DNA of 64,000 nucleotides from Malacoraja senta (GCA_038087875.1 CM075994.1:1800001-1864000); one strand, 5' to 3'; positions 1 to 14,479 are shown, counted from the stretch's first letter. Notes: a model not told the origin generated them from the sequence alone. Numbers and translations: made by a program.

Positions 1-85
1 CCACCTAAACTGTCATTTGGCAACCTAAAAAGCTGCCAAGGTTGCCCGGCTGGCAACAGAGAAAAAAAGTTAAGCGAGAGCCCTG
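1..85. mobile_element. Terminal fragment of a probable hAT-type DNA transposon
   Basis: Ends in ...ttaagcgagagccctg, whose reverse complement CAGGGCTCTCGC resembles a hAT terminus. The other end lies outside the window. Confidence 0.35.
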
Positions 86-2460
86 AGAGGGCAGGCCATC
101 CTGGTCTGGGTATTGGGTAATGAGGAAGGATTAGTTAGCGATCTTGTTGTGCAAAACCCCTTGGGCAACAGTGACCATAATATGGTGGAATTCTACATTA
201 GGATGGAGAGTGACATGGTTAATTCAGAGACAAGGGTCCTGAACTTGAATAAAGGAGACTTTGAAGGTATGAGACGGGAATTGACCAGGATAAACTGGGC
301 AAATTATATTTAAAAGGTTGACAGTGGAGATGCAATGGCGAAGATTTAAAGACCGCATGTATGAACTCCAGAAATTGTTCATCCCAGGCTAGCGAAAAAA
401 TAAAACTGGGAAGGCGGCTCAACCGTGGCTGACGAGAGAAATCAAGGACAATGTTAAAGCCAAGGAAGAGGCATATAAATTGGCCAGAGGAAGTGGCTTG
501 GAGAAATTTAGAACTAAACAGAGGAGGACAAATGGGCTAATTAAGAGGGGGAAAAAAGAGCATGAAAGAAAGCTTGCAGGGAATATAAAAACTGACTGGA
601 AAAGATTCTATAAGAATGTAAAAAGGAAAAGATTAGAGAAGACGAATGTAGGTCCCTTGCAGTCAGAGACAGGTGAATTTATATTGGGAAACAAGGAAAT
701 GGCAGAACAGTTAAACAAGTACTTTGATTCTGCATTCACTTAGTAAGACACAAACAATCTCCCGGAAATACTAGGAGACCAAGGATCTTGTGGGAGGGAG
801 GAACTAAAGGGAATCCTCATTAGTCAGAAAATGGCGTCGGGTAAACTGTTGGGACTGAAGGCAGATAAATCCCCAGGGCCAGATGCTCCGTATCCCAGAG
901 TACTAAAGGAAGTGGCCCTAGAAATCGTGGATGCATTGGTGATCATTTTCCAATATCCGTTATCTCGACTCTGGATCAGTTCCTGTGGACTGGAGGGTAG
1001 CCAATGTAACCCCACTTTTTAAGAAGAGGGAGAGAGAAAACAGGAAATTTATGGACCAGTTAGCCTGACATCGGTAGTGGGGAAGATACTGGAGTCGATT
1101 ATTAAAGATGTTACAGCAGCGCATTTGGAAAGCAGTGATGGGATTGGTCAAATCAGCATGGATTTATGATGGGGAAATCATGCTTGACTAATCTTTTGGA
1201 ATTTTTTGAGGATGTAACAAGTAGAATGTATAAGGGAGAGCCAGTGGATGTGGTGTATCTGGACTTTCAAAAAGCCTTTGACAAGGTCCCACACAAGAGA
1301 TTAGTGTGCAAAATTAGAGCACATGGTATTGTGGGTAGGGTATTGCCATGGATAGAGAACTAGTTGGCAGACAGGAAGCAAAGAGTAGGAATTAACGGGT
1401 CCTTTTCAGAATGGCAGGCAGTGACTAGTGGGGTGCCGCAAGGCTCGGTGCTGGGACCCAATTGTTTACAATATATATTAACGATTTAGACGGGGGAATT
1501 AAATGTAACATCTCTAAGTTTACAGATGACACAAAGCTGGGTGGCTGTGTGAGCTGCAAGGAGGATGCTATGAGGCTGCAGGGTGACTTGGATAGGTTGG
1601 GTGAGTGGCCAGAAGCATAGCAGATGTCGTATAATGTGGATAAATGTGAGGTTATCCACTTTGGTGGCAAGAACAGGAGGCAGATTATTATCTGAATTGT
1701 GTCAGATTAGGAGAAAGGGAGGTGCAACAAAACCTGGGTGTCCTTGTACATCCGTCACTGAAAGTAAGCATGCAGGTACAGCAGGCAGTGAAGAAAGCCA
1801 ATGGCATGTTGGCCTTTATTGCGAGAGGATTTGAGTTTAGGAACAAGGAGGTCATACTGCAGTTGTACAGGGCCCTGGTGAGACTGCACCTGGTGTATTG
1901 TGTCCAATTTTGGTGTTCTAATTTGAAGAAGGACATTATTGCTATTAAGTGAGTGCAGCGTAGGTTCACCAGGTTAATTCCCGGGATGGCGGGACTGACG
2001 TATGATGAAATAATGGGTCGACTGGGCTTCACTGGAATTTAGAACGATGAGAGGAAACATTTAAAATTCTTAGAGGATTGGACAGGGTAGATGCAGGAAA
2101 AATGTTCCCGATGTTCGGGGAGTCCAGAACCAGGGAATCACAGTTTAAGAATAAGCGGTAGGCCATTTAGGACTGAGATAAGGAAAAACTTTTTCACCCA
2201 GAGAGTTGTGAATCTGTGGAATTCTCTGCCACGGAAGGCAGTGGAGGTCAATTCACTGGATGTTTTCAAGAGTGTTACTGTAGATTTAGCTCTAAAGATT
2301 GTATATAGTGTTATAAAGGAATCAAGGGATACGGGGGAAAAAGCCAGAACGAGGTACTGATTTTGGATGATCAGCTATGATCATATTGAATGGCGGTACT
2401 GGTTCGAAGGGCCAAATGGCCTACTCCTGCACCTATTTTCTATCTTTCTATGTTACTATG
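86..2460 (+). mobile_element. CR1-clade (HER1-like) LINE, 5'-truncated, degenerate ORF2
   Basis: Broken ORFs give the APE endonuclease end (PLGNSDHNMVEF), RT motifs (KSPGPD, GKSCLTNLLEFFE, VYLDFQKAFDKVPH, GVPQGSVLGP, FTDDTK) and the C-terminus (FFTQRVVNLWNSLP). Short-repeat tail at about 2435-2460. Several stops and frameshifts. Confidence 0.93.
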
Positions 2461-2869
2461 TAAATACCACCAATGTATCTGCCTCCACCACCACCCCCTG
2501 TAGTTAATTCAATGTATCCACTACTATTGATATAAAACTTGCCTAACACATCTCCTTTAAACTTTACACCTCTCATTTTATAGCGATGCTGTCTGGTCTT
2601 TGATATTTCCACCCTGGGAAGAACGTTCTGTCTGTTTACCCTATCAGCACATCTCATCATGTTATAATGTTAACTACTTCTGTCAGATCTTCTCTCAGCC
2701 TCCGACACTCGGGAGAAAATAATCCAAGTCTGTCCAACTTCTCCTTATAGCTAAATACCCTCTAATATCCAGGCAACATTCTGATAAACCTTTTGCTGCA
2801 CCCTCTCCAAAGTCTCCGCATCCTTCCTGCAATGGGGCTACCAGAACTGTGCAAATATGGCCTAACTAG

Positions 2870-3680
2870 CACACCAACACCTCCACTTCCTCAGAAGGTT
2901 TAGGATGTTCAGCATTTACCCAACAACTCTCACCAACTTCTACAGATGTGGCGAAGATACAACACAAAATGCTGGAGTAACTCAGCGGGACAGGCAACAT
3001 CTCTGGAGAGAAGGAATGGGTGATGTTTCGGGTCAAGTCCCTTCTTCAGACTGAGAGTCAGGGGAGAGGGAAGGGTAAGGTGTGAAGACGAAATATCAAA
3101 GGGGACATTTATCAAGGAAAATGTAGAATGCAGATGCGCCATAGAAAGCATTTTATCGGGATGCATCGCAGCATGATTTGGGAACATCTACATTCAAGAC
3201 CGCAAGAAATTGCAGAGAATTGTGAACACAGTCCAGAACATCACACAAACCAACCTCCCTTCCATTGACTCCATCTACATTTCATGCTGCCTCAGCAAGG
3301 CCACCAGCATAATCAAGGACGAGTCACACCCTGACCACTACCTCTTCTCCCCTCTCCCATCGGGCAAAAGGTATAGAAGAGTGAAAACACACACCTCCAG
3401 GTTCAGGGACTGTTTCTTCCCAACTGTTATCAGGCAACTGGACCGTCCTACCAACGCCATACTAGAGAGCGGTCCTGAGCTCCTATCTACCATTTTGGAA
3501 ACACTCGGACTATTCTTGATCGGACTTTACTGGACTTTATCTTGCACTAAATGTTATTCCCCTTATCCTGTATCTGTACACTGTGGACAGCTCAATTGTA
3601 ATCATGTATAGTCTTTCCGCTGACTGGTTAGCACGCAACAAAAGATTTTCACTGACAATAAACAATAAACTTAACTGAAC
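2870..3680 (+). mobile_element. Rex1/Babar-type LINE 3' fragment, interrupted by a Penelope-derived repeat
   Basis: ORF 3210-3611 contains LPSIDSIY..C..KATSIIKD.SHP...LFSPLPSGKRYR...TSRFRDCFFP, followed by a tgacaataaa tail. Related copies at about 9615-10200, 12020-12470, 22565-22995, 36540-36760, 45600-46090 and 62505-62900. Confidence 0.8.
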
Positions 3681-4057
3681 CAAAGTAAAGACCTATAAAG
3701 CTGTATCATGACCTCTTATACTCAATGCCCCGATATATAAAGGCAAGCATACTGTATGCCATCTTTACCACTCTGTCTACTTGTGTTGCCACTTTCAGGG
3801 AGCTATGAACTTGACTCCCTGTGTTCATCAAAGCCGTAAAGGGTTTTGTTCTTAACCTTTATAATTTCCTATTACATTTCATCTTGTGCAACACCTCACG
3901 CTTGCTCGGATTAAACTCCATCTGCCATTTCTCTGCCCATATTTGTAACTGATAACTGATAATGGTAGAGTTGCTGCCATAGCGCCGGTGACTCGGGTTC
4001 GATTCTGACTGCAGGTGCTGTCTGTACCGGATGCTGTTTGTACCTTCTCCCTGTGAC

Positions 4058-5745
4058 AATAGACAATAGACAATAGGTGCAGGAGTAGGCCATTCGGCCC
4101 TTCGAGCCAGCACCGCCATTCAATGTGATCATGGCTGATCATCCCCAATCAGTACCCCATTCCTGCCTTCTCCCCATATCCCCTGACTCCGCTATCTTTA
4201 AGAGCCCTATCTAGCTCTCTCTTGAAAGCATCCAGGGAACATGCCTCCACCACCCTCTGAGGCAGAGAATTCCACAGACTCACAACTCTCTGTGAGAGAA
4301 AGTGTTTCCTCATCTCTGTCCTAAATGGCTTACCCCTTATTCTTAAACTGTGACCCCTGGTTCTGGACTCCCCCAACATCGGGAACATGTATCCTGCCTC
4401 TAGCGTGTCCAAACCCTTAACAATCTTATATGTTTCAATAAGATTTCCTCTCATCCTTCTAAACTCCAGAGTGTACAAGCCCAGCTGCTCCATTCTCTCA
4501 GCATATGACAGTCCCGCCATCCCGGGAATTAACCTTGTAAACCTATGCTGCACTCCCTCAATAGCAAGAATGTCCTTCCTCAAATTAGGGGACCAAAACT
4601 GCACACAATACTCCAGGTGTGGTCTCACTAGGGCTCTGTACAACTACAGAAGGACCTCTTTGCTCCTATACTCGACTCCTCTTGCTATAAAGGCCAACAT
4701 GCCATTCGCTTTCTTCACTACCTGCTGTACCTGCATGCTTACTTTCATAGACTGATGAACAAGGACCCCCAGATCCCGTTGTACTTCCCCTTTTCACAAC
4801 TTGACGCCATTTAGATAGTAATCTGCCTTCCTGTTTTTGATACCAAAGTGGATAACCTCACATTTATCCACATTAAACTTCATCCGCCATGCATCTGCCC
4901 ACTCCCCCAACCTGTCCAAGTCACCCTGCATTCCCATAGCATCCTCCTCACAGTTCACACTGCCACCCAGCTTTGTGTCATCTGCAAATTTGCTAATGTT
5001 ACTTTGAATCCCTTCACCCAAATCATTGATGTATATTGTAAATAGCTGCGGTCCCAGCACCGAGCCTTGCGGTACCCCACTAGTCACTGCCTGCCATTCT
5101 GAAAGAGACCCGTTAATCCCTACTCTTTGTTTCCTGTCTGCCAACCAATTTTCTATCCATGTCAGCACTCTACCCTAAATACCATGCCCTAATTTTGCCC
5201 ACTAATCTCCTATGTGGGACCTTATCAAATGCTTTCTGAAAGTCCAGGTACATTACATCCACTGGCTCTCCCTTGTCCATTTTCCTAGTTACATCTTCAA
5301 AAAATTCCAGATTAGTCAAGCATGATTTCCCCTTCGTAAATCCATGCTGACTCGGACGGATCCTGTTACTGCTATCCTAATGTGCGGCAATTTCATCTTT
5401 TATAATTGACTCCAGTATCTTCCCCACCATCGATGTCAGGCTAACTGGTCTATAAGTCCCTGTTTTCTCTCTCCCACTTTTCTTAAAAAGTGGGATAACA
5501 TTAGCTACCCTCCAATCCACAGGAACTGATCCTGAATCTATTGAACATTGGAAAATGATCACCAATGCATCCACTATTTCTAGAGCCACTTCCTTAAGTA
5601 CCCTGGGATGCAGACCATCAGGCCCTTGGGATTTATCACCCTTCAGTCCCATCAGTCTATCCAACACCATTTCCTGCCTAATGTGGATTTCCTTCAGTTC
5701 CTCCATCACCCCAGATCCTCTGGCCACTACTATATCAGGAAGATA
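4058..5745 (-). mobile_element. CR1-clade LINE, 5'-truncated, RT and C-terminus
   Basis: Minus-strand ORFs 5377-5802, 4794-5168 (GVPQGSVLGP, KFADDTKL) and 4149-4643 (VRPHLEYCVQFWSP). (CTATTGT)n tail at about 4058-4075. Confidence 0.93.
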
Positions 5746-5885
5746 TAGTATGTGGGTTTTCTCTGGCAAGCTTTGGTTTCCTCCCACACTCCAAAAACTC
5801 ACAGGTTTGTAGGTTAATTGGCTTGGTATAAATGCAAATTATCCCTCGTGTGTGTAGGATAGTGTTAGTGTGCGGGGAATCGCTG

Positions 5886-6632
5886 GTCCCACTTCGGCGA
5901 CATTTTAGGCGACTGCAGGAGACTATGCAGTCGCCACGTGGTTGCCGGGGAGTCTCTTTCATGGTCGTGAGGAGTTCCCGCATTCTGGGAACTGGTCGCG
6001 GCGTCATTATGGTCGCTGTGAATTTTTCAACCTGTTGAAAAATTAGCCGCGACTAGAATGAAGCCGGCATGGAGAGTAGCGAGAATTCTCGAGCCATAGG
6101 TGGGTTGCCAGGAGGTCCTAATGGGTTGCCAGGAGGTCAAAGGTTCTCGGAGGTTCTCAAAGATTGTAGCCGGTGCTGACCGGTGAATTTCATTGGCATT
6201 GGGAAAAAAAAGATAAGCCGCAGTTTTCACAACCAAGAATACGTTAAATGTCCGCCGAGCTTCACAGCCGTGTTTCTCTGGCTTCTTAAAAGTTGTCTCC
6301 ATTCCTTCTCCCACCCTCCCCCCCCCTCTCCCCCCCCTCTTTTAAAGGACTTACTGTACACTGTGGTTTAGCCGTCTTAATTACAGCGCCAACCTCCCTG
6401 CTCATCGCGGCATGTGTCTGTATCACCTTGGCTTTGCACAGTGTGAATTTTTTAGACAGGGCAAGCGGGGGGACCGCTGTCTAAAAAATTCACACGGGCT
6501 GGTGAAGGAAGCAATGTGTTTGTGTGTTCCACTCTGACAATCACCGTTCCAGTTGCCGTTTTTTCAGGCGACTGCCGGCAACTTGACAGTCGCCGGCAGT
6601 CCACTGAAAAATCGCCTAAGTGGGACAGGCCC
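5886..6632. mobile_element. Non-autonomous DNA transposon (MITE; Harbinger- or Kolobok-like TIR)
   Basis: Left end gtcccacttcggcga matches the reverse complement of the right end tcgcctaagtgggacaggccc. Same TIR family as 60083-60714. Confidence 0.6.
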
Positions 6633-6744
6633 ATAAGCTATATCCTGTTGTATACTTTGACAACCTTCCTCAATTGTTATGCAATCCCACCAATTTTGGT
6701 GTTGTGTGGAAACTTACTCACCAACACATCCACGTTTACATCCA

Positions 6745-6945
6745 AGTCATTTGTTGGCGAGACCAAGCACAGACTGGGCGATCGTTTCGCAGAACATTAC
6801 GCTCAGTCAGCCTTGGCCGACATGATCTCCTGGTTGCCAAACATTTTAATTCCCTCTCCCATTCCCACACTGACCTTTCTGTCCTGGGCCTCCACCACTA
6901 TCAGAGTGAGGCCACACTCAAATTGGAAGAACAGCACCTCAAGGA
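6745..6945 (+). mobile_element. Penelope-like element GIY-YIG endonuclease fragment
   Basis: Frameshifted GETKHRLGDRFAEH / LRSV...VAKHFNS.SHSHTDLSVLGL.H.QSEAT.KLEEQHL, typical of the PLE C-terminal endonuclease. Confidence 0.75.
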
Positions 6946-7489
6946 AGAGGGACCATCGGGACAATATTGAATACTTTTGTCAGTGCCTTATACATGACGA
7001 CTCTTAGCATAGTTGCGTATTGAATGCAAAACAAAGAATTTCACTGTACCAGGCACATGTGACAATAAAGCATCAATCAATCAATCAATCAATCAATCAA
7101 TGTGGTACGAGTTTGGCTTGATTGTATATATATATATATATAGTATTATCTGATCTTGACTGGATAGCATGCAAAACAAAGCTTTTCACAGTACCTTGGT
7201 ACGTGACAACAACAGACCTTAAGCTAAATCTCCCTCTATGTGAATGTTCACGTTGTTCCTCACCTGTGGGGGGGGTGAAACAATTTTCTCCCCTCTCCCG
7301 CTGAGTCCGTCCACCACCTTCTGACAATGAGATGCTCAGCAGCCAAATGTGTGCAGTGAGCTAATTCTCATAGATCCCTTATTTTCCTCCCGCTGTGGTG
7401 TTTGCACCAGAACTTTGTCATCTCCTGGCATCGCTTCCTGACCGTGCATGAAGAATCATATGGTGAGCTATCAATGAGCGGCTGCAGAA

Positions 7490-7795
7490 GTTTAGTTTAG
7501 AGATACAGCGCGGAACCAGGCCCTCTGGTCCACCAAGTCCACACCGACCAGCGATTCCCGCACACTAACGCTATCCTACACACACTAAGAACAATTTGCA
7601 ATTTTACCAATGTCAATTAGCTTACAAACCTGTACGTCTTTGGAGTGTGGGAGGAAACCGGAGCACCTGGGGAAAACCCACGTGGGTCACAGGGAGAACG
7701 TGCAAACTCCGTACAGACAACACCCGTAGTCAAATCGAACCCGGGTCTCTGGTTCGGTAAGGCAGCAACTCTACCACTGTGCCACTGTGCCGCTC
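7490..7795 (-). mobile_element. tRNA-derived V-SINE (HE1-like), near full length
   Basis: On the minus strand: A/B-box head (ggcacagtgg...gggttcga), V-domain core (gtttgcacgttctccc..gtgggtttt...ccggtttcctcccac) and CR1-like tail ending (ctaaa)n. Other copies at about 10245-10500, 11075-11335, 20840-21105, 32265-32570, 33705-33980, 35118-35405, 35898-36145, 41095-41355, 46395-46590, 46880-47150, 50565-50835, 60720-61012, 61385-61835 and 61975-62280. Confidence 0.85.
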
Positions 7796-10700
7796 AAAGT
7801 TTAGTTTAGTTTAATTTAGGGATACAGCATGGAAACAGGCCCTTCAGTCCACCGAGTCCGTGCTGACCATGAGGGGAATAAAAAAGGTGAGACTTCAACC
7901 AGGGTAGGAGAATCGAGAACCAGGGGACATAGGTTTAAGGTGACAGGGGCAAGATTTAATTTAACTTTGTCACACAGAGGGTGGTGGGTGTATGGAACGA
8001 GCTGCCAGAGGAAGTCGTTGAGGCAGGTACTATCACAAATACTACAGTAAAAGACATTCAGGAACATGGACAGGAAAGGTTTAGAGGGATATGGGCCAAA
8101 CACGGGCAGGTGAAACTAGTATAGATGGGCATGTTGGTTGGCATGGGTGAGTTGGGCTGAAGGGCCTGTCTCTGTGCTGCATGACTCTATGACTCTAACC
8201 TGTAAGACTGTTGATATCTAGACCTTGATGTCCCGAGTGAGCTGGGCACAAAGCTCAGTAACACCGGCAGCCACGGACAAACGGACCTTGCTGTCTTCTG
8301 CTCTTGCACACTCCCACAACTGGTATATCTTGTTCTCGCACCTTGGAACCTTTTATAAAAGATCCACAGCTTTGAGTTAACCCTTTCAGCCACAGGGCAG
8401 TGTGCAAAGACTAAGCCAGTGGTTTAAAAAAATACACAAAATACTGGAGTAACTTAGCGTTTCTGGAGAACATGCATCGGTGACTTTTCCGGTCCAAAAC
8501 GAAAACATCAATCATAGAGTTATACAAAACAGAATCAGGCCAACTCATCCATGGTAACCAGGATGCCTCAACTAATATACCCGTGTTTGGCCCATATCTC
8601 TCTAAGCTTTTCCTATCTATGTACCGGCCCATGTGTCTTTTAAATGTTGTTATAGTACCTGCATCAACTACCTCCTCTGGCAGCCTGTTCCATGTCGGTG
8701 CCAAACATGATGCCGTTAAATTAATCTGCCTGCACATGATCTGTATCCATGCAATCCCTGCATATCCATGTGCCTATCCAAAAGTGTCTTACATGCCACT
8801 ATCATATCTGCCTCCAATACTAACCCAGGCAGCGTGTTTTAGGCACCCATCAACCATAGAGTAATACAGCATGGGAACAGGCCCTTCGGCCCAACCTGCC
8901 CATGCCGACCAACATGCCCATCTACACTAGTACCACCTGCCTGCATTTGGCCCATATCCCTCTAAACCTGTCCTATCCATGTATCTGTCCAAATGTTTTT
9001 TAAATGTTATGATAGTACCTGCCTCAACTACCTCCTGCGGCAGCTCGCTTCATACACACACCACCCTTTTTGTAAAAACGTTGCCCCTCCAGTAACTATT
9101 AAATTGTTCCCCCCTCACCTTAAACCCATGATATCTGGTTCTTGATTCCCATACTCTGGGCAAGAGACGTTGTGCATTTACCCAATCTCTTCCTCTCATG
9201 ATCTAGTACAACGCTATAAGATTACCCCTCATCCTCAGACACTTCAGTTTCGATCCTGACCTCTGTGTAAAATACCTGCCTGGCACATCTCCTTTAAACT
9301 TTACCTCCTCACCTTAATTATCCACTGCGTATTGGCTTCCATTGGCGTCTTCCCCCGTTAGTCCTGCCCATAGTTGGCGAGGTGCTGTTTTGTGAGGTGG
9401 TGCTGAACGACTGTGTTGCTGGTATCCCCACAGTGAGGGGAACTGATGTCTGGGTCTCAGAGAACAGGAAGCAACCAAGAAAACACAGATTCCGGAATCT
9501 TGAGTAAAACACAGAGTGCTGGAGGAACTCAGCGGCTCAGATTCAGTGGTGCATCTGGTAGAGCCACTGCCTCATAGTGCCAGTCACCGGTGTTCAATCC
9601 TAACCTGCATATCCATGCGCATGTCCCCAACAACTCTCATCAACTACAGATGCGCCATAGAAAGCATTTTATCGGGATGCATCACAACATGGTTTGGGAA
9701 CAGCTCCAAGATCACAAGAAATTGCAGAGAATTGTGGACGCAGCCCAGACCATCACACAAACCAACCTCCTTCCATTGACTCCATTGACACCGCACGCTG
9801 CCTTGGCAAGGCCACCAGTATAATCAAGGATGAGTTGCACCCTGGTCACTCCCTCTTCTCCCCTCTCCCATCGGGCAAAAGGAAAAGAAGTGTGAAAATG
9901 CACACCTCCAGATTCAGAGACAGTTTCTTCCCAGCTGTTATCAGAAAACTGAACCATCCCATCAACAACTAGAGAGCAGTCCTGAGCTACTATCTCTTTC
10001 ATTGGAGACCCTTGGAGTTTCTTTGATCGCTTTACTGGCTTTACTTTGTACTAAACGTTATTCCCTTTATCCTGTATGTTTATACTGTGAATGGATTGTA
10101 ATCATGCATTGTCTTTCTGCTGACTGGTTAGCTCGCAACAAAAGCTTTTTGCTGTACCTGTGACTGTACCTATACACGTGACAATAAACTAAACTAAACT
10201 AATCAACCTAGAGTCATAGACTCATACAGCGTGGAAACAGGCCCTTCGGCCTGTGTGGATTTTGCACGTTCTCCCTGTGACCACCTAGGTTTCTTCTGAG
10301 TGCTCCGGTTTCCTCCCACATCCCAAGGACGATGCGAGTTTGTAGGTTAATTGGCCCTCTGTAAATTATCCCCAGTGTTTAGGGGGTGGATGGGAAAGTG
10401 GGAAAACATAGAACTAGTGTGAACAGGTGATCACTGGTCGGTGTGGACTCGGTGGGCCGAGGGGCCTGTTTCCATGCTGCATCTCTCTAAACTCTAAACC
10501 TGTGGAGGGATTGGACAGAGAATATTTTGGGTCAGTACCCTGCTTCAGTCCGTTTTTTGTAGCTTTTTTAAAAAACAGTTTGGATTAACAATTCCATTGC
10601 AGTCATAAGACAAGCCATATTTTAAATAAAAATATATACATTAGATGTGACCACTTGCACATCTGACAGAACGAGACGGTTCTTGATGTGGAACGTCACA

Positions 10701-13700
10701 TTCACAGACTCCTATGTTCCCTGGGGCGAAATTGTAATAATGATTTTGCTTCAATATACTTTCCACTCTTCCTGTTGTTTTCCCATTTTCCTCATGGAAT
10801 TGGTTTATGTCAACGTTTGACAAAGTCTGTCCTACAGAAACAAGTTTATGCAAGTAAATGATCTTTCCCCGATGGCACTCCGGGAAGCTTAGTGACAGAA
10901 GCAAAACAATGAGAGATGTATTTAATGGCAGCGCTGCTGGCCATGGCTTTACAAGGAACATCTAAGATAGTGATGATGAAGATGATGATACTTTATTGAC
11001 ACATGTACCTAGGTACAGTAAAATTATTTTAATTTGCATACAATCCAGTAGTTTTGTTTAGTTTTTACTTTTACTCTGGCCTACCGAGTCTACTCCAACC
11101 AGCAATCACCCCGTACACTAGCACTATCCAACACACAATGGGGAACATTTACAATTTTTACCAAAGCCAATTAACTTACAAACCTGTACTTATTTGGAGT
11201 ATGGGAGGAAACCGGAGCACCCGGGGGAAAAGCACATGGTCACGGGGTGAACGTACAAACTCTGTACAGACAGCATCTGTAGTCAGGATCGAACCTGGGT
11301 CTCCGGCGCTGTAAGGCAGCAACTCTGCCGCCGCCCAAATCATACTATAGATAAGCACAATTATAGATACGTACAAAAGCACATTGATGTGGTGTAATAG
11401 TGGACTTCACCGAGTCAGTACACAAAGAGTTACCACGTTTCTGGCGACAACAAAGCTTCAAAGTTCTTAAGAGTGCAGTCTTGGCCTTAAAGGCCCGTTG
11501 CCCTGGCGGCGGCAATCCTCTCATCCGTCAGCTTCCATCTTGAAAACGTCCGTTTGTTCACGTCCGCCGCCGTGCCGACTCCCTCCACCCTCCTCCCTGG
11601 TTCCCGGTCTTCAGGGTCGAGCAAGAGACGAGCCTTGGACGACTCCAGGAGGGTTCCCGCTTCTGCGGCGGGCGAACCAGGCCTGGTGTTGAGGTATGGC
11701 CTGGCCCCGGAGTCTGGCGACTCTTTGCGTGCTGGTCACCGAAGAGGATTTGCTATCATCCATTACAATCATTCCACTCTTTTACATCTTTATTTCAACA
11801 GCAGGTATTTCTTACATTAACAATGCTCTCTTTAATCTCCTCTCAGACCCGTTGATTCTCCGACTCCAAGGGCCAAACGACCTCCCGGGATGATGCCTCG
11901 AGCAGAGAGGACCCGACCAGCGAGGCCTACCGCCACTGTCGAGCCTGCAGCCTACTGACCTCCCAGAGCCTCCAACCCACTCTATTGCAGGCCCCTCTCC
12001 CCCAGAGCTGCCGACTCCCTCCTCTCCCCTCTCTCATCAGGCAAGAGGTACAGAAGTGTGAAAACGCACACCTCCAGATTCAGGGACAGTTTCTTCCCTG
12101 ATGTTATCAGGCAACTGAACCATCCTATCACCACCTAGAGAGTGGACTTGACCTCCCATCTACCTCATTGGAGACTTTTGCACTTTCTTTAATCAGACTT
12201 TATTGGATTTCAATGTTATATCTTTGCGCTAAATGTTATACCCTTTATCCTTTACCCTGTATCTGTGCACTGTGGATGGCTTGATTGTAATCATGTGTTG
12301 TCTTTCTGCTGACTGGTTAGCACACAACATGCAGTCTATTCTTTGACCGTATAGCACGTAACAAAAAGTTTTTCACTGTACCAGCTGGGAAGAAACTGTC
12401 CCTGAATCTGGAGGTGTGTGTTTTCACTTTTCACTCTACCTCAGTACAGGTGACAACAATAAACTTAACTAAACTGCGGATGCTGGAATCAGTGGGTCAG
12501 GCAGCATCTATTGAGAGAAATGGGCAGGTGACGTTTCGAGTCGGGACCCTTCTTCACATTGATAATGGCTGGTAATGGGTTTAAATAAGTGAAACAAGAT
12601 CTTTGATCTGAAAGGTTAACTGTTTCTCTCTCCACAGATGCTGCCTGTGGAGTGTTTCCAGCACTTTTTGATTTGATGTTAAAATTTCCAACATCAGCTA
12701 TTCTTTCTGGTTTCCAGCAATAATAAACATTTAACTGCAAATAAGCCAGGAATGCAAGAGGTGGTCTTACAAGGGGAGATGGGCAACTGAACCATCCTAC
12801 CAACAACTAGACAGCAGTCCTGAACTACTGTCTACCTCATTGGAGACCCTCGGACTATCATTAATCGGACTTTACTGGCTTTATCTTGCACTAAACATTA
12901 TTCACAGTACTCATTTTATCATGTATCTTTACACTGTGGATGGCTCGATTGTAATCATGTATTGTCTTTCTGCTGACTGGTTAATACGCAACAAAAGCTT
13001 TTCACTGTACCTCGGTACACGTGACAATAAACTAAATTCAAGTTCAAGAAGATAAAGAGCCAGGGAGAGTAAAGGACAATAGTTTATTTATTAAAGAGTC
13101 TACCTTTACTAGAGGTTGTGACTTTTATTAAAGGTGAGTGCCTGGAATGCAATGCTGGCGATGGGTGGCTGAGGTAGATACGATGGTGGTGTTGAAGTGG
13201 CTTTTGGATATGCACACGGATATTCAGGGAATGGAGGGCAGGGCCGGCCTTAGGAGGTGCGGGGCCCAATTGGGAACAATTTTGGTGAGCCCTAGGTTCC
13301 CAGTCAAGGTCTGTAGAATCATAGAAATATAAATAAAGTCTATTATAGACTTTATATCTCTATGGTAGAATGGAAAGTAATCAAAATGTGGGCTTAAAAA
13401 GTGCCTGCGACTTAATGGAACCAACAGACCTAAGCTACATTTTAATATAAAATTGCATACATGTAAGCCTACAAGTAACAAACAAAATGTGTAGATCACC
13501 TATGAAAAGTACATAGTTACAATACCACTTGTTTTAGTGACTGTGAAATGAAATAAAAAGTAATTTAATTAACTAGATCCTGGAAAACCAATAACCATTG
13601 GTGAAAAACCAGTCCAGGCATTAAATTTTGGGCTTCAGCCCCATCCTGCCCTTTGGGCTTCTACCCCATCCTAACTTAGTTGTATGTGTGTGTTAGTTGT

Positions 13701-13714
13701 CTGTGCGTGATGTG

Positions 13715-14434
13715 TGTGGGAGGGAAGGAGAGAAGGAAGGGAGGGAGAGAAGGGAGGAAGGAGAGAAGGGTGGAAGGGAAGTAGAGAAAGAAGGGAGGGG
13801 GGGAAGGAGAGAAAGAAGGGAGGGAGGGAAGGAGAGAAGGGAAAAGAGAGAGAGGAAGGAGGGAGGGAAGGCGAGAAGGAAGAGAGGGAAGAAGGGAAGG
13901 GAGGGAGGGAAGGGAAGGAGAGAAGGGAGGGAGAGAGAGGGCCGGCGGCGAGAGCGGATGATGGAGGTTCCCTTGTGACAGGGACGGCTTGTGGGAAGAG
14001 AGCTGTGTGTATGTGTTTCTATGTGTGTGTGTGTGTGTGCACGTGCGTATGTGTGAATGCATATGTGTGTGTGCGTGCATGTGTGTATGTGTGTGCGTGC
14101 AGCCGTGTGTGTCTGTGTGAGTGTGTTGGTGTGTGTGTGTGTTTGTGTGTTTTTGTGTGTGTGTTTTTGTGTGTGTGTGTGTGAGTATATATTACTGCGT
14201 GTGTATGTTTATGTGTGTATGTGTATATGTGTTTCTGTCTGTGTGTATATATGAGTATGTGTATGTGTGTGTGTGTGTGTATGCGTGTGTGTGTGTGTGT
14301 GTATGCGTGTGTGTGGGTGTGTATATGAGTGTGTGTATGCGTGTGTGTGTGTTTGTGTGCGTGTGTATATGAGTGTGTGTGTTTGTGTGCGTGTGTATAT
14401 GAGTGTGTGTGTGTGTGTATATGAGTGTGTGTGT

Positions 14435-14475
<41 letters not shown>

Positions 14476-14479
14476 AGTG
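13715..14479. repeat. Purine-rich (GGA/GAG) low-complexity tract followed by a degenerate (GT)n microsatellite
   Basis: Direct reading. The (GT)n tract resumes at 18563-18722 on the far side of the L1 and Helitron insertion. Confidence 0.95.

Noticed and set aside
7690..7795. tRNA genes
   Set aside because: The A/B-box sequences are V-SINE heads that run into the SINE core. I could not build a full cloverleaf.
13239..13680. hAT-like left end CAGGGCCGGCCTTAGG
   Set aside because: No matching right TIR or TSD was found, so the boundaries cannot be supported.
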